Source: Eledone cirrhosa (taxonomy: Eukaryota). Taken from it: a DNA stretch of 64,000 nucleotides. Below the pieces are notes generated by a model that had not been told where the DNA came from, ran no database searches, and saw only the letters and a program-made list of their open reading frames with translations. Shown here piece by piece: positions 25,660-39,115 of the stretch; position 1 is the stretch's first letter, and each line of letters opens with the position of its first letter. Where the stretch lies: assembly GCA_964016885.1 (NCBI GenBank), contig OZ024763.1, positions 14,818,001 through 14,882,000 on the forward strand, given 5' to 3'. The position numbers were made by a program, and so were the translations under genes.

Positions 25660-28600
25660 CCCAGCCCACATTGTAAAGTGGTCCTGTAGGTGTCACGGCA
25701 AAAATTACCCAGCACACACTGTAAAGAGGCCGTGTAGGTGCCACAGCAAACAGCACCCAGCACACACTATAAAGAGGCCGTGTAGGTGCCACAGCAAACA
25801 GCACCCAGCACACACTATAAAGAGGTTGTGTAGGTGTCACGGCAAACAGCACCCAGCACACACTGTAAAGAGGTCGTGTAGGTGTCACGGCAAAAATTAC
25901 CCAGCACACACTGTAAAGAGGTCGTGTAAGTGTCACAGCAAACAGCACCCAGCACACACTGTAAAGAGGTCGTGTAGGTGTCACAGCAAACAGCACCCAG
26001 CACACACTGTAAAGAGGTCGTGTAGGTGTCACGGAAAACAGCACTCAGCACACACTGTAAAGAGGTCGTGTAGGTGTCACAGCAAACAGCACCCAGCACA
26101 CACTGTAAAGAGGTCGTGTAGGTGTCACAGCAAACAGCACCCAGCACACACTGTAAAGAGGTCGTGTAGGTGTCACAGCAAACAGCACCCAGCACACACT
26201 GTAAAGAGGTCGTGTAGGTGTCACGGCAAACAGCACCCAGCACACACTGTAAAGAGGTCGTGTAGGTGTCACAGCACCCAGCACCCAGCACACACTGTAA
26301 AGAGGTCGTGTAGGTGTCACAGCAAACAGCACCCAGCACACACTGTAAAGAGGTCGTGTAGGTGTCACGGCAAACAGCACCCAGCACACACTGTAAAGAG
26401 GTCGTGTAGGTGTCACAGCAAACAGCACCCAGCACACACTGTAAAGAGGTCGTGTAGGTGTCACAGCAAACAGCACCCAGCACACACTGTAAAGAGGTCG
26501 TGTAGGTGTCACGGCAAACAGCACCCAGCACACACTGTAAAGAGGTCGTGTAGGTGTCACAGCACCCAGCACACACTGTAAAGAGGTCGTGTAGGTGTCA
26601 CAGCAAACAGCACCCAGCACACACTGTAAAGAGGTCGTGTAGGTGTCACAGCAAACAGCACCCAGCACACACTGTAAAGAGGTCGTGTAGGTGTCACGGC
26701 AAACAGCACCCAGCACACACTGTAAAGAGGTCGTGTAGGTGTCACAGCACCCAGCACACACTGTAAAGAGGTCGTGTAGGTGTCACAGCAAACAGCACCC
26801 AGCACACACTGTAAAGAGGTCGTGTAGGTGTCACGGCAAACAGCACCCAGCACACACTGTAAAGAGGTCGTGTAGGTGTCACAGCAAACAGCACCCAGCA
26901 CACACTGTAAAGAGGTCGTGTAGGTGTCACAGCAAACAGCACCCAGCACACACTGTAAAGAGGTCGTGTAGGTGTCACAGCAAACAGCACCCAGCACACA
27001 CTGTAAAGAGGTCGTGTAGGTGTCACGGCAAACAGCACCCAGCACACACTGTAAAGTGGTCGTGTAGGTGTCACAGCAAACAGCACCCAGCACACACTGT
27101 AAAGAGGTCGTGTAGGTGCCACAGCAAACAGCACCCAGCACACACTGTAAAGAGGTCGTGTAGGTGTCACGGCAAACAGCACCCAGCACACACTGTAAAG
27201 AGGTCGTGTAGGTGCCACAGCAAACAGCACCCAGCACACACTGTAAAGAGGACGTGTAGGTGTCACGGCAAACAGCACCCAGCACACACTGTAAAGAGGC
27301 CGTGTAGGTGTCACGGCAAACAGCACCCAGCACACACTGTAAAGAGGTCGTGTAGGTGTCACGGCAAACAGCACCCAGCACACACTGTAAAGAGGTCGTG
27401 TAGGTGTCACAGCACCCAGCACACACTGTAAAGAGGTCGTGTAGGTGTCACGGCAAACAGCACCCAGCACACACTGTAAAGAGGTCGTGTAGGTGTCACG
27501 GCAAACAGCACCCAGCACACACTGTAAAGAGGTCGTGTAGGTGTCACAGCACCCAGCACACACTGTAAAGAGGTCGTGTAGGTGTCACGGCAAACAGCAC
27601 CCAGCACACACTGTAAAGAGGTCGTGTAGGTGTCACAGCACCCAGCACACACTGTAAAGAGGTCGTGTAGGTGTCACGGCAAACAGCACCCAGCACACAC
27701 TGTAAAGAGGTCGTGTAGGTGTCACAGCACCCAGCACACACTGTAAAGAGGACGTGTAGGTGTCACGGCAAACAGCACCAGCACACACTGTAAAGAGGTT
27801 GTGTAGGTGTCACAGCAAACAGCACCCAGCACACACTGTAAAGAGGTCGTGTAGGTGTCACGGCAAACAGCACCCAGCACACACTGTAAAGAGGTTGTGT
27901 AGGTGTCACAGCAAACAGCACCCAGCACACACTGTAAAGAGGTCGTGTAGGTGTCACGGCAAACAGCACCCAGCACACACTGTAAAGAGGTCGTGTAGGT
28001 GTCACAGCACCCAGCACACACTGTAAAGAGGTCGTGTAGGTGTCACGGCAAACAGCACCCAGCACACACTGTAAAAGAGGTCGTGTAGGTGTCACAGCAC
28101 CCAGCACACACTGTAAAGAGGTCGTGTAGGTGTCACGGCAAACAGCACCCAGCACACACTGTAAAGAGGTCGTGTAGGTGTCACAGCACCCAGCACACAC
28201 TGTAAAGAGGTTGTGTAAGTGTCACAGCAAACAGCACCCAGCACACACTGTAAAGAGGTCGTGTAGGTGCCACGGCAAACAGCACCCAGCACACACTGTA
28301 AAGAGGTTGTGTAGGTGCCACAGCAAACAGTACCCAGCACACACTGTAAAGAGGTCGTGTAAGTGTCACAGCAAACAGCACCCAGCACACACTGTAAAGA
28401 GGTCGTGTAGGTGTCACGGCAAACAGTACCCAGCACACACTGTAAAGAGGTCGTGTAGGTGTCACAGCAAACAGCACCCAGCACACACTGTAAAGAGGTC
28501 GTGTAGGTGTCACAGCAAACAGCACCCAGCACACACTGTAAAGAGGTCGTGTAGGTGTCACAGCAAACAGCACCCAGCACACACTGTAAAGAGGTCGTGT

Positions 28601-28880
28601 AAGTGTCACGGCAAACAGCACCCAGCACACACTGTAAAGAGGTTGTGTAGGTGCCACAGCAAACAGCACCCAGCACACACTGTAAAGAGGTTGTGTAGGT
28701 GTCACAGCAAACAGCACCCAGCACACACTGTAAAGAGGTTGTGTAGGTGTCACGGCAAACAGCACCCAGCACACACTGTAAAGAGGTTGTGTAGGTGTCA
28801 CGGCAAACAGCACCCAGCACACACTGTAAAGAGGTTGTGTAGGTGTCACGGCAAACAGCACCCAGCACACACTGTAAATG
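25660..28880. repeat. 48-bp satellite (roughly 65-70 copies) with 41-bp variants, derived from the RTE/SINE tail
   Basis: Unit acagcacccagcacacactgtaaagaggtcgtgtaggtgtcacggcaa; ends in the GGTTGGCGTTAGG...(TGA)n tail at 28880-29020. Confidence 0.92.
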
Positions 28881-29034
28881 TGGTTGGCGTTAGGCAAGGC
28901 ATCCAGCTGAAGAATCCAAGCCAAAATCAGCCCTGAGTGAGCGAACCTGATCCCTCACAAAAGGACAGCATGTCCTACCCATACTAGTGTGGAAGATGGA
29001 CATTAAACGATGATGATGATTATAAATATATAGA

Positions 29035-29382
29035 TGGAGGCACATGGCTTAGTGGTTAGAGCATTGGCCTTGCAATCGAAAGGTTGTGAGTTCAATTCTC
29101 AGACTGGGTTAATGTGTTGTTTTCTTGAGCAAGACACTTTATTTCACATTGCTCCAGTTTACTCAGCTGTAGAAATGAGATGATAGGGTCTGGGGTCCCT
29201 ATCATTCCACTGCAAAGTGGTCGTGGAGGTGCCACGGCAAAAAATCACCCAGCACTCACTGTAAATGAGGTTGGTGTTAGGAAGGGCATCCAGCTGTAGA
29301 AATCAAGCCAGAATCAGTTCCCATCCCACCCTTGCAAGCAGGGAAAAGTGGACGTAAAATGAAATGATGATGATGATGATGA
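29035..29382 (+). mobile_element. RTE-tailed tRNA SINE
   Basis: Near-identical to the 18635 copy. Confidence 0.82.
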
Positions 29383-29553
29383 TATATATGTGTGTGTGTG
29401 TGTGTGTGTTTGGATCTAGCTGTTGAAATGGCCGGAGCTCAGCCGTCGGGGCCCCGACTCTTTTCCTATATATACATACATCCTATCCGAACGGAATTTG
29501 AACTGTTAAGGTCTCATTCCTGGATATGTCACTATTTATAAAACAAATTTTGA

Positions 29554-29612
29554 ATTTTATCTGATGAGAGCGTACCAAAGTTTTGGTACCCTTGAAATAT
29601 ATATAATAGAAT
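29554..29612 (+). ncRNA. Minimal type I hammerhead ribozyme (near-identical to the 12217 copy)
   Basis: ATTTTAT-CTGATGA-GAGCGTACCAAAGTTTTGGTACCCTT-GAAA-TATATATA^ATAGAAT. Confidence 0.78.
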
Positions 29613-29692
29613 AAATATGGTTTTATAAATATAGTTTCCATTTATTAATATCATTGATATATATATATATATATATAGTTTTAATATAGATG

Positions 29693-29743
29693 AGATTCTA
29701 CAGGACTAGAACTGTTTCATTCATTAGAAATCATCAGGAATCC
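29693..29743 (-). ncRNA. Type I hammerhead ribozyme-like fold (family B)
   Basis: Minus strand reads GGATTC-CTGATGA-tTTC(taat)GAAt-GAAA-CAG(ttctagtc)CTG-TA^GAATCT; 6-bp stem I, weak stem II. Confidence 0.65.
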
Positions 29744-29858
29744 AATGAATGAAACAGTTCTAGTCCTGTAGAATCTCATCTATATTAAAACTGTTATACT
29801 CTGCTATGTATTGAGTACCTTACTTACTGTGGTTACCTCCGATTCAACACGGAATAAC

Positions 29859-29916
<58 letters not shown>

Positions 29917-30412
29917 CTTATAAATATATTGGAAGGTATTGATTTAAATAGGAAACTTTTTTAAATGGGTGGTTTTGGTATCAAAAGAGTTGAAGAATTT
30001 TACTAAAATTACTACTTATTTCATTACTAAGGTAACTTAACTTATGGTTCTTATATAAAATTATGTTGGAAGATTTTAATTTAAAGAGGAACACTATTTA
30101 AATTTGAATAGGAACACTGTATTTAAATTTATTAAATGAAGAAAATTAAGGGATTTATTAAACTTTTTAATTATTTCATTACTAAGTAAGTTAATGTATT
30201 GGTCCTTATATAAAATTATGTTGCAAAACATGCGTGGGTTTATTTAATAGAACGAGAGCTGGTTTGTGTGTGTGTATGGGAGGGGGGTATCAAAGGAGTT
30301 AAAAGTATAAAGTGAAAGTAGAAAAAAAAAAACAAAAAAAAAAAACGAAACGAACAGCCCTAGAATGGGCTTTATTTTTCCAAAAAACCAAGTGAGATTT
30401 GAACCAGCTTAC

Positions 30413-30511
30413 CTCCTTGTCATCCTTGCCACCAGATTCACTGAGATCTGTCATCTCCTGTTCCAAGCGTTCTATCTTCTCCAGATTTAACTCATTGTCC
30501 ATCTTCAACTT
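30413..30511 (-). CDS. MYO18A: Myosin XVIII-like exon: KLKMDNELNLEKIERLEQEMTDLSESGGKDDKE
   Basis: Acceptor gttttgCAG|AAG and donor GAG|GTAAGC; 99 nt, phase 0/0; heptad-like sequence. Preceded by a 17 kb intron. Confidence 0.87.
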
Positions 30512-30545
30512 CTGCAAAACACAACAGCAGGGGTTCAAATCTTGT

Positions 30546-30761
30546 TTAACCCTTTAGCATTTAAACTGACAGCATTCGGCCAGAACTTTCTCACCTCTTT
30601 TTCTTCAAACTGGCTGTATTCGGCTGCTCATACTGATGTTAAGGTATTGTTCTCAAAATAAATAATATCAAAATCCCATAGATTCGATATTATCTGAGGT
30701 AAAGCCTTTACCATGAAAATATAATAGTAGATATAGAGTAATGTAAATGCTAAAGGGTTAA
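30546..30761. mobile_element. piggyBac-type MITE
   Basis: TTAA target duplication and TIR CCCTTTAGCATTTA / TAAATGCTAAAGGG; about 35 nt from a myosin acceptor. Confidence 0.8.
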
Positions 30762-33700
30762 GTCACACCAACAACAACAACAACAGTATCAAATCAAGAT
30801 ATTTACAACTGAGAACATTCTCGAAAATGTGTGTATGTAGAAGTGTCTGTGTTTGAGTGTGTGTTTATGTATGTTTGTGTGTGTTTATGTATGGTTGTGT
30901 GTGCATGTGTGTTTGAGTGTGTGTTTATGTATGTTTGTGTGTGCATGTGTGTTTGTGTGTGTTTATGTATGGTTGTGTGTGCATGTGTGTTTGTGTGTGT
31001 TTATGTATGGTTGTGTGTGCATGTGTGTTTGTGTGTGTTTATGTATGTTTGTGTGTGCATGTGTGTTTGTGTGTGTTTATGTATGTTTGTGTGTGCATGT
31101 GTGTTTGTGTGTGTTTATGTATGGTTGTGTGTGCATGTGTGTTTGTGTGTGTTTATGTATGGTTGTGTGTGCATGTGTGTTTGTGTGTGTTTATGTATGG
31201 TTGTGTGTGCATGTGTGTTTGTGTGTGTTTATGTATGTTTGTGTGTGCATGTGTGTTTGTGTGTGTTTATGTATGGTTGTGTGTGCATGTGTGTTTGTGT
31301 GGGTTTATGTATGTTTGTGTGCGTTCACGTGAGTGTCAGTGTTTATGTGTGTGCATGTGTTTGTGTGTGTACATGTGTGTTTGTGTGTGTGTGTACATGG
31401 GTGTTTGTGTTAGTGTTTATGTGTGTACATGTGTATGTGTGTAAATGTGTGTGTTTTGTGTATGCACGTGTGTTAGTGTATGTATGTATGTATGTGTAAA
31501 TGTTTGAATTTGTGTGTATGTATGTCTGGGTGTTTGTATGTGTTTATGTTTATGTGATTGTGTGTGTATATATGTTTTTTATGTCCGAATTTGTGTGTTT
31601 CTGTAAATATGCGTTTGTGTGTGGGTTTGTTTGTGTCTGTATTTTTTGTATGTGTGTATGTACCTATGTTTGTGTGTGTGTGTATGTATGCATGTATGTA
31701 AATGTACCTGTGTGTGTGTATATGTAAATGTATGTGTGTGTGTAAAAGAGGGGGTGTAAACACAGACATCTAAGTTGTAAAATCGCCCCCCCCCCCCCCC
31801 CCCTCCCCCACCTTCGGCAAACTCCAAATAAAATAAAATAAAATAAAATAAAATAATTTAAATTAGATTAAATTAAAATAGAGGAAATAAGGTGAAAAAA
31901 AAAGGAACGAACGAACGAACAACAACAGTAATAACAACAACTACAACAGCAACAAAAACAACAACAGCTATAACAACAGCTACAATAACAACAGCTACAA
32001 CAATAACAACAACTACAATAACAACAGCTACAACAATAGCAACAACTACAACAGTAACTTGTGGTCTCACCTGGTTTCCAGTCATGATTAGATGGTGTGT
32101 TGGTGGTGGTGGTGGTGTTGGTGGTGGTGGTGGTGGTGGTGGTGGTAGTGGTGGCGGTGTGTAATAACAGACATTGTTAGAATGGTAAACAGCTTCCTTC
32201 ATGGAGAACACAGTGTAGTGTAGTGTAGTATAGGTTGTAGTACTACTACTGTAATGTGTAGTGTAGTTAAGGTTAAAGTACTAACACTGCAATGTGTAGT
32301 GTAGTGTAGTATAGGTTACAGTACTAACACTGCAATGTGTAATATAGTATAGGTTACAGTACTAATACTGCAATGTGTAGTGTAGTGTAGTGTAGTATAG
32401 GTTACAGTACTAACACTGCAATGTGTAATATAGTATAGGTTAAAGTACTAATACTACAATGTGTAGTGTAGTGTAGTGTAGTATAGGTTACAGTACTAAC
32501 ACTGCAATGTGTAATATAGTATAGGTTACAGTACTAATACTGCAATGTGTAGTGTAGTATAGGTTATAGTAATACTAGTGTGGTGTGTAGGTTATAGTAC
32601 TGCTAATGTACTCGTAGTATAGTGTAAGGATCTCAGTAGTACAGTATAAGTTACAGTATTACTAGTGTAGTATAGGTAACAGCATTATTAGTGTAATAAA
32701 GGCTAACGTGGTAGTGTGTAGTATAGGCTGAGATAGTAGTGTGTAGTATAGAATGAGGTGGTAGTGTGTAGTATAGGCTGTAGTTTAGTGTGTAGTATAG
32801 GTTAGTTGATCCAATGAGAAGATACAACAGCAGTAGAAACACACACATACATACACACACACATATATATATACACACACATATATATACACACACATAT
32901 ATATATACACACACATATATATACACCCAACTGTAATAGTCACTGATGTGTTTGGTGAAATACTTAGTTTCTCTATAAACAACTGTAGTGGTGTCAATTG
33001 GTGTGGTGGTGGTGGTGGCAGTGTGGTGGTGGTGGTGGTGGTGTGGTGGTGGTGGCAGTGTGGTGGTGGTGGTGGCAGTGTGGTGGTGGCAGCAGTGTGG
33101 TGGTGGTGGTGGCAGTGTGGTGGTGGCAGTGTGGTGGTGGTGGCAGTGGCAGTGTGGTGGTGGTGGTGGCAGTGTGGTGGTGGCAGCAGTGTGGTGGTGG
33201 TGGTGGCAGTGTGGTGGTGGCAGTGTGGTGGTGGTGGTGGCAGTGGCAGTGTGGTGGTGGTGGTGGCAGTGTGGTGGTGGCAGTGGCAGTGTGGTGGTGG
33301 TGGTGGCAGTGTGGTGGTGGCAGTGGCAGTGTGGTGGTGGTGGTGGCAGTGTGGTGGTGGCGGTGTGGTGGTGGCAGCAGTGTGGTGGTGGTGGTGGTGG
33401 CAATGTGGTGGTGGTGGCAGTGTGGTGGTGGTGGTGGCAGTGTGGTGGTGGCGGTGTGGTGGTGGCAGCAGTGTGGTGGTGGTGGTGGTGGCAATGTGGT
33501 GGTGGTGGCAGTGTGGTGGTGGCAGTTTGTTGGTGGTGTGGTGGTGGCAGTGTGGTGGTGGTGGTGTGGTGGTGGTGATGATGTGGTGATGGTGGTGGTG
33601 TGGTGGTGGCAGTGTGGTGGTGGTGTGGTGGTGGTGATGGTGTGGTGGTGGTGATGATGTGGTGATGGTGGTGTGGTGATGGTGGTGGTGTGGTGATGGT

Positions 33701-34380
33701 GGTGACAGTGTAGTGGTGGTGATGGAGGCAGTGTGGTGGTGGTGGTGGTGGTGTGGTGGAGGCAGTGTGGTGGTGATGGAGGCAGTGTGGTGGTGGTGGT
33801 GGTGGTGGTGGTGTAGTGATGGTGGTGGTGGTGTAGTGATGGTGGTGGTGGTGTAGTGATGGTGGTGGCGGTGTGGTGGTGGTGTGGTGGTGGTCGAGAG
33901 TGATGTGGTGTGACAATGTAGTAGTGTTAATGATGTGGTTGTGTTGGTAGTAGTGGTGGTGGTGTGGTAGTGGTGGTGGTGTGGGAACAACCAGAAGAGT
34001 TAGTGGTGAAAAGGTTGTAGTGACAGCAATGGTATGATGGTGGTAGCAGTGGTGATGGTGGTAGTAGCAGTAGTAATAATAATGGTGGTGGCATGGTGGC
34101 AGCTGTGATGGTGGTGGTGGTGGTGGTGGTGGTGGTGGTGGTGGTGGTGGTGGTGGTGGTGGTGGTGGTGGTGGCGGCAGATTGTAGTGATTTTGAGGTG
34201 TTAGGGTTGATGGCGGAGGTGACAGAAGATTATGTTTGACACACTGACATATAGACACATACACATACATACTGACATATAAACACACACACAGACATAT
34301 AAACACACACACACATACTGACATATAAACACACACACACACATATATATATATACACACACAAACATAGTGACATATAG

Positions 34381-34417
<37 letters not shown>

Positions 34418-34498
34418 CACACACAAACATAGTGACATATAGACTCACACACACACACACAGACATATAAACACACACACACATATACTGACATATAT

Positions 34499-34529
<31 letters not shown>

Positions 34530-34554
34530 CACACACAAACATAGTGACATATAG

Positions 34555-34589
<35 letters not shown>

Positions 34590-34668
34590 CACACACAAAC
34601 AGTGACATATAGACTCACACACACACACACAGACATATAAACACACACACACACATACTGACATATAT

Positions 34669-34699
<31 letters not shown>

Positions 34700-34724
34700 C
34701 ACACACAAACATAGTGACATATAG

Positions 34725-34757
<33 letters not shown>

Positions 34758-34810
34758 CACACACAAACATAGTGACATATAGACTCACACACACACATAC
34801 TGACATATAA

Positions 34811-34843
<33 letters not shown>

Positions 34844-35020
34844 CACACACAAACATAGTGACATATAGACACACACACACACACACACACAAACATTATA
34901 CAAATGTATATATAACCCATGGTAGCGGGGAGGTTGGTCGTTAAACGATGATGATGACACTAGTAAGAAACTGAATGGAGCTGGACAGTAGGTCTTCATA
35001 GAAGAACCTACATACATATA

Positions 35021-35096
35021 CAGGGTGTCCCCAAAAATGTATACACATTTATTAGAATGCTGTTGAAGTGTGTATACAGCTTTTTGGGATACCCTG
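35021..35096. mobile_element. Tiny Tc1-type MITE
   Basis: TA|CAGGGTGTCCC-AAAAA-TGTATACACA ... TGTGTATACA-TTTTT-GGGATACCCTG|TA. Confidence 0.65.
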
Positions 35097-35103
35097 TATA
35101 TTT

Positions 35104-35138
<35 letters not shown>

Positions 35139-35399
35139 CGCACACAAACTCACATTGACATACATCATCATCATCATTTTACGTCCGCTTTTCCCTGCTT
35201 GCAAGGGTGGGACGGGTCTTATTCAGCACAGCATCTCTCCACTCGTCACGGTCCCTCGTCATCTCCACCGTGAGCTTCAATGATCTGAGGTCTGTTCTCA
35301 CCACCTCCGCCCATGTTTTTCGTGGTCTACCTCTACCACGTCTTCCTTCAACTGGCATTTCCTGGCATATATATATATGTTAGGTAATTCCGAAGGAAA

Positions 35400-38140
35400 A
35401 GGAAAGGGAAAAAAGAGTGCTCTATGTATAGAACAGAGCTATTTAATTAGAAAGTGAACAACACAAAATATCAAATATTACCTAACACATAAACACCTCC
35501 TAACGGGAACAATCAACGCAAATTCTGCATTTCTATGAGATTGGCATCTTCCAGCTTGATCCGACTTAGTTAATATGACTAACCAACTAACATTTCGTAA
35601 GTACAATAATAATTTTCAAACTAAACTTGCTAATGATATTTCTAATATTAAGTCTTCTAACAATAAGTACGTATTTTCCGATAAAACTAAAAACTTATGT
35701 GAAGTAAATAACTATTTATATAACCAACTTTTAACAGATAATATCGCTACCAAATATCAAAAAGCCAAAAATAACACCTATAATAATATAAATAATTGTT
35801 TCTACGTTTGGCACAAGGCCAGCAATTACCCAGTACATTACTGGTACTTTATTTTATCGACCCCGTAAGGATGAAAGGCAAAGTTAACCTCGGTAGGATT
35901 TGAACTCAGACCGTAAAGGGACGTAACTATGCTGGAAAGCATGGCGTCCGACTCTCTACCGATACTGCCAATCCACCGCCCTATAATAATATAAATAATC
36001 AAGCTAAAGACATTGCAAGTAAATTAAAAATTGATAATAGAACTGAAAGCCTAGCTAAACGTAAAGCCTATATTACACTGAAAGACCACAAAATAGATTT
36101 CAATAACAGACCTAGTTGTAGACTCATTAACCCTGCTAAATCAGAAATTGGTCTTGCCAGTAAAAAAATCTTAAGAAATATAATATTAAAAATAAGAAGT
36201 AAAACTGAACTTTATCAGTGGCTAAATACATCTTCAGTAGTTTCATGGTTTAATATTATACCTGAAAAAAAATAGATCTAGATTCACTCAATTCGATATA
36301 ATAGACTTCTACCCCTATATTACTTAATCCTTATTAGCCAAAGCATTAGAATTTGCTAAAAATTACACTAATATATCCGATTTAGAAGAGGAAGTAATTT
36401 TACATGCCTGGAAAACTCTACTTTTTGCCAAAAATGAATCTTGGGTAAAAATATCTAACCCAGAAAACCCTTTTGGTGTCTCTATGGGTTCCTTTGACAG
36501 TGCCGATGTGTGTGATTTGGTTGGTTTGTTCCTTCTACTTACAATAAGGGAAAAAACTCCCAGGTTAGACCATTGGGTTATATCGAGACTAGCAGACTCT
36601 CATAACACCAATGGTAATGACCTCGACACTTTTCATAAAGATTTAATTAAAATTTTCTCTGATCTAAACCTTAAAATTACTATAGATCTTACCAACGTAA
36701 ATTTCCTTGATATAAATCTTGACTTATTCACTACTTCATTTAAACCTTACCATAAACCTAATGAGAATCTAAAATATATAAATAAACAGTCATGTACCTT
36801 CCCATAGTATTTAAAAACCTCATCCCTAATATTAGCCGTAGGATATCTACCAAGTTCCTTGAATTAGTAGATAAACATTTCCCCCATCACCATAAATATA
36901 ACAAAATCTTTAACAGAAACTGTGTCAAGATTAGCTATTCTTGCAGTCCTTTCATAAAATTGAAAATCACCACCAGAAAAACTGACAGAGAAATCCCAGG
37001 ATGTTCATGCAGAAATCCAGATGAATGTCCTTTGCAAGACAAATGCAACATCAAATGCGTTGTATATATGAGGCAATTATAAGACCTATTCACACCAACC
37101 AACCTTCTATCGGAGAACGATATGTGGGCATGACCCAGGATACCTTTCAAAAACGATACTATGTACACGTCGCTTCCTTTCGACACCAGGATAAAAAGAA
37201 AACTACGATGCTGGCAAATAGAGTGTGGAAAATGAAAGAGTGTGGGATCCCATATGAAATTGATTGGTTTAATTTAGACCAATCAAAAGAATATGTTAAA
37301 GGCACAAGAAGGTGTACCTTGTGTGTAACAGAATATAGAATTCTACAAAATCAGAAATCTCCCAACACCTGTCTTAACTCTAATTCTGAGATATTTAAAA
37401 TTTGCCCACATATCTTATCTCCATTCTCGGCATCAAAACACCATTTTGGACACTTACCCACCTTGAACACTCTCTCTTATTTTAAACACTATGGACCGTT
37501 ATCACACATTCAACACTTATATTATGCCCTTATTTTATATTACACCTATTTTATTCATTTCTTCTTTTCCCTTACTTTTACCTTGAACAATCTCTCTTAC
37601 TTTACCACGAACACTCTCTTATTTTAAACACCCTTTTTTACACATTCAACACTTACTTTATTCTATTTTATCTTATTTTACACTCATATTATTCACTTAT
37701 TGACTTCATCATTTCCTGAACACTATCTCTTATCTTTACCATCCTGGCCCTTTATCACATAATTCCAACACTTTTATTTTATATACACCTAGTTTAGCCA
37801 TTTCTTCATTTACTTTTACCTTGAACACTCTCTATTATTTTAACCACAAACACTCTCTTATTTTAAACACCCTGAACTTTTTACATATTCAACACTTATT
37901 TTATTTTATACTTATTTTCCAATTATATTATTCACTTATTGACTTCATCTTTTCCTAAACATTCTCTCTTATTTTAACCACCCTGGGCCTTTATCACATA
38001 CATTCAACAAAATATTTTTATAGCTCTGTTCTATACATAGAACATTCGTTTTTCCTTTGCCTTTATCACATTCTTTTAACAACAAAATATATTTATATAT
38101 TTTTATAGCTCTGTTCTATACATAGAGCCTCGTTTTTCCT
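35400..38140 (+). mobile_element. Decayed Penelope-like retroelement (RT plus C-terminal GIY-YIG endonuclease)
   Basis: Frameshifted peptides YITLKDHK..CRLINPAKSEIG, QFDIIDFYP, MGSFDSADVCDLVG, GLYRD, NFLDINLDL, PYHKPN; Cys linker CSCRNPDECPLQDKC; GIY-YIG VVY...YVGMTQDTFQKRYYVH, CTLC..E, LNSNSE. Inverted terminal motif gctctatgtatagaacagagct at about 35419 versus 38022 and 38107. Confidence 0.88.
35797..35982 (-). mobile_element. tRNA-derived SINE with Nin/Deu-like central domain, inserted in the Penelope element with a target-site duplication
   Basis: A box TGGCAGTATCGG, B box GAGTTCAAATCC, core GCCTTTCATCCTTACGGGGTCGATAAAATAAAGTACCAG; flanked by the direct repeat ataataatataaataat (about 35780-35796 and 35983-35999). 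Confidence 0.85.
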
Positions 38141-38151
38141 TTGCTTTCTCT

Positions 38152-38192
<41 letters not shown>

Positions 38193-38586
38193 ATGCGTGT
38201 ATATATGTATTTATATGTGTGGTTATCTCTGGGTGTTCATTTGTATATTTGTGGGTTTTTTGCATGTTTATACTTCCACTGGACACATACATGCATGTAT
38301 CTATACGTAGTTTTGTGTATGTGATTGTATTTATGTATAAGTCTATCATTATGTGTGTGTGATGTCTTCGTATCATTTTGTCCCACTGCTTATCCCTATT
38401 TTTATTGTATTTTATTTTATTTTATTATTTTTTCCCCTTGTAATTGTGTATGTATATGCCTGCAGACTAGTGTGTTAATATACTTCTGTCTATGCCATGT
38501 GTATATATATATGTATGTGCATGTGTATTTGTTTTATTTATTTACTTTTTTGCTTATGTTTTTTCGCAGACTTAACATTCATATAC

Positions 38587-38622
<36 letters not shown>

Positions 38623-38688
38623 ATGTATATGTATGTATATATATATATGTGTGTGTGTATATGTGTATATGTGTGTGTATGTATATGT

Positions 38689-38726
<38 letters not shown>

Positions 38727-38791
38727 ATGTATATGTATGTATATATATATATGTGTGTGTGTATATGTGTATATGTGTGTGTATGTATATG

Positions 38792-38832
<41 letters not shown>

Positions 38833-38889
38833 ATGTATATGTATGTATATATATATATGTGTGTGTGTATATGTGTGTGTATGTATATG

Positions 38890-38928
<39 letters not shown>

Positions 38929-39064
38929 ATATATATATATGTGTATGTATGTGTGTGTGAATGCCAGTATATGTATATGTTCGTATGTATATATGTGCGT
39001 AGATATATATATATGTGTGTGTGTGTGTTTGCGTATGTATGTTTATACACTTGTGTCTATGTCA

Positions 39065-39115
<51 letters not shown>

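Noticed and set aside
25631-28936. Long Cys/His-rich ORFs (KRSCRCHSKQHPAHTV)n resembling zinc fingers, or a CRISPR-like array
   Set aside because: A 48-bp retroposon-derived satellite with no unique spacers; the frame is broken by 41-bp units, and the context is eukaryotic.
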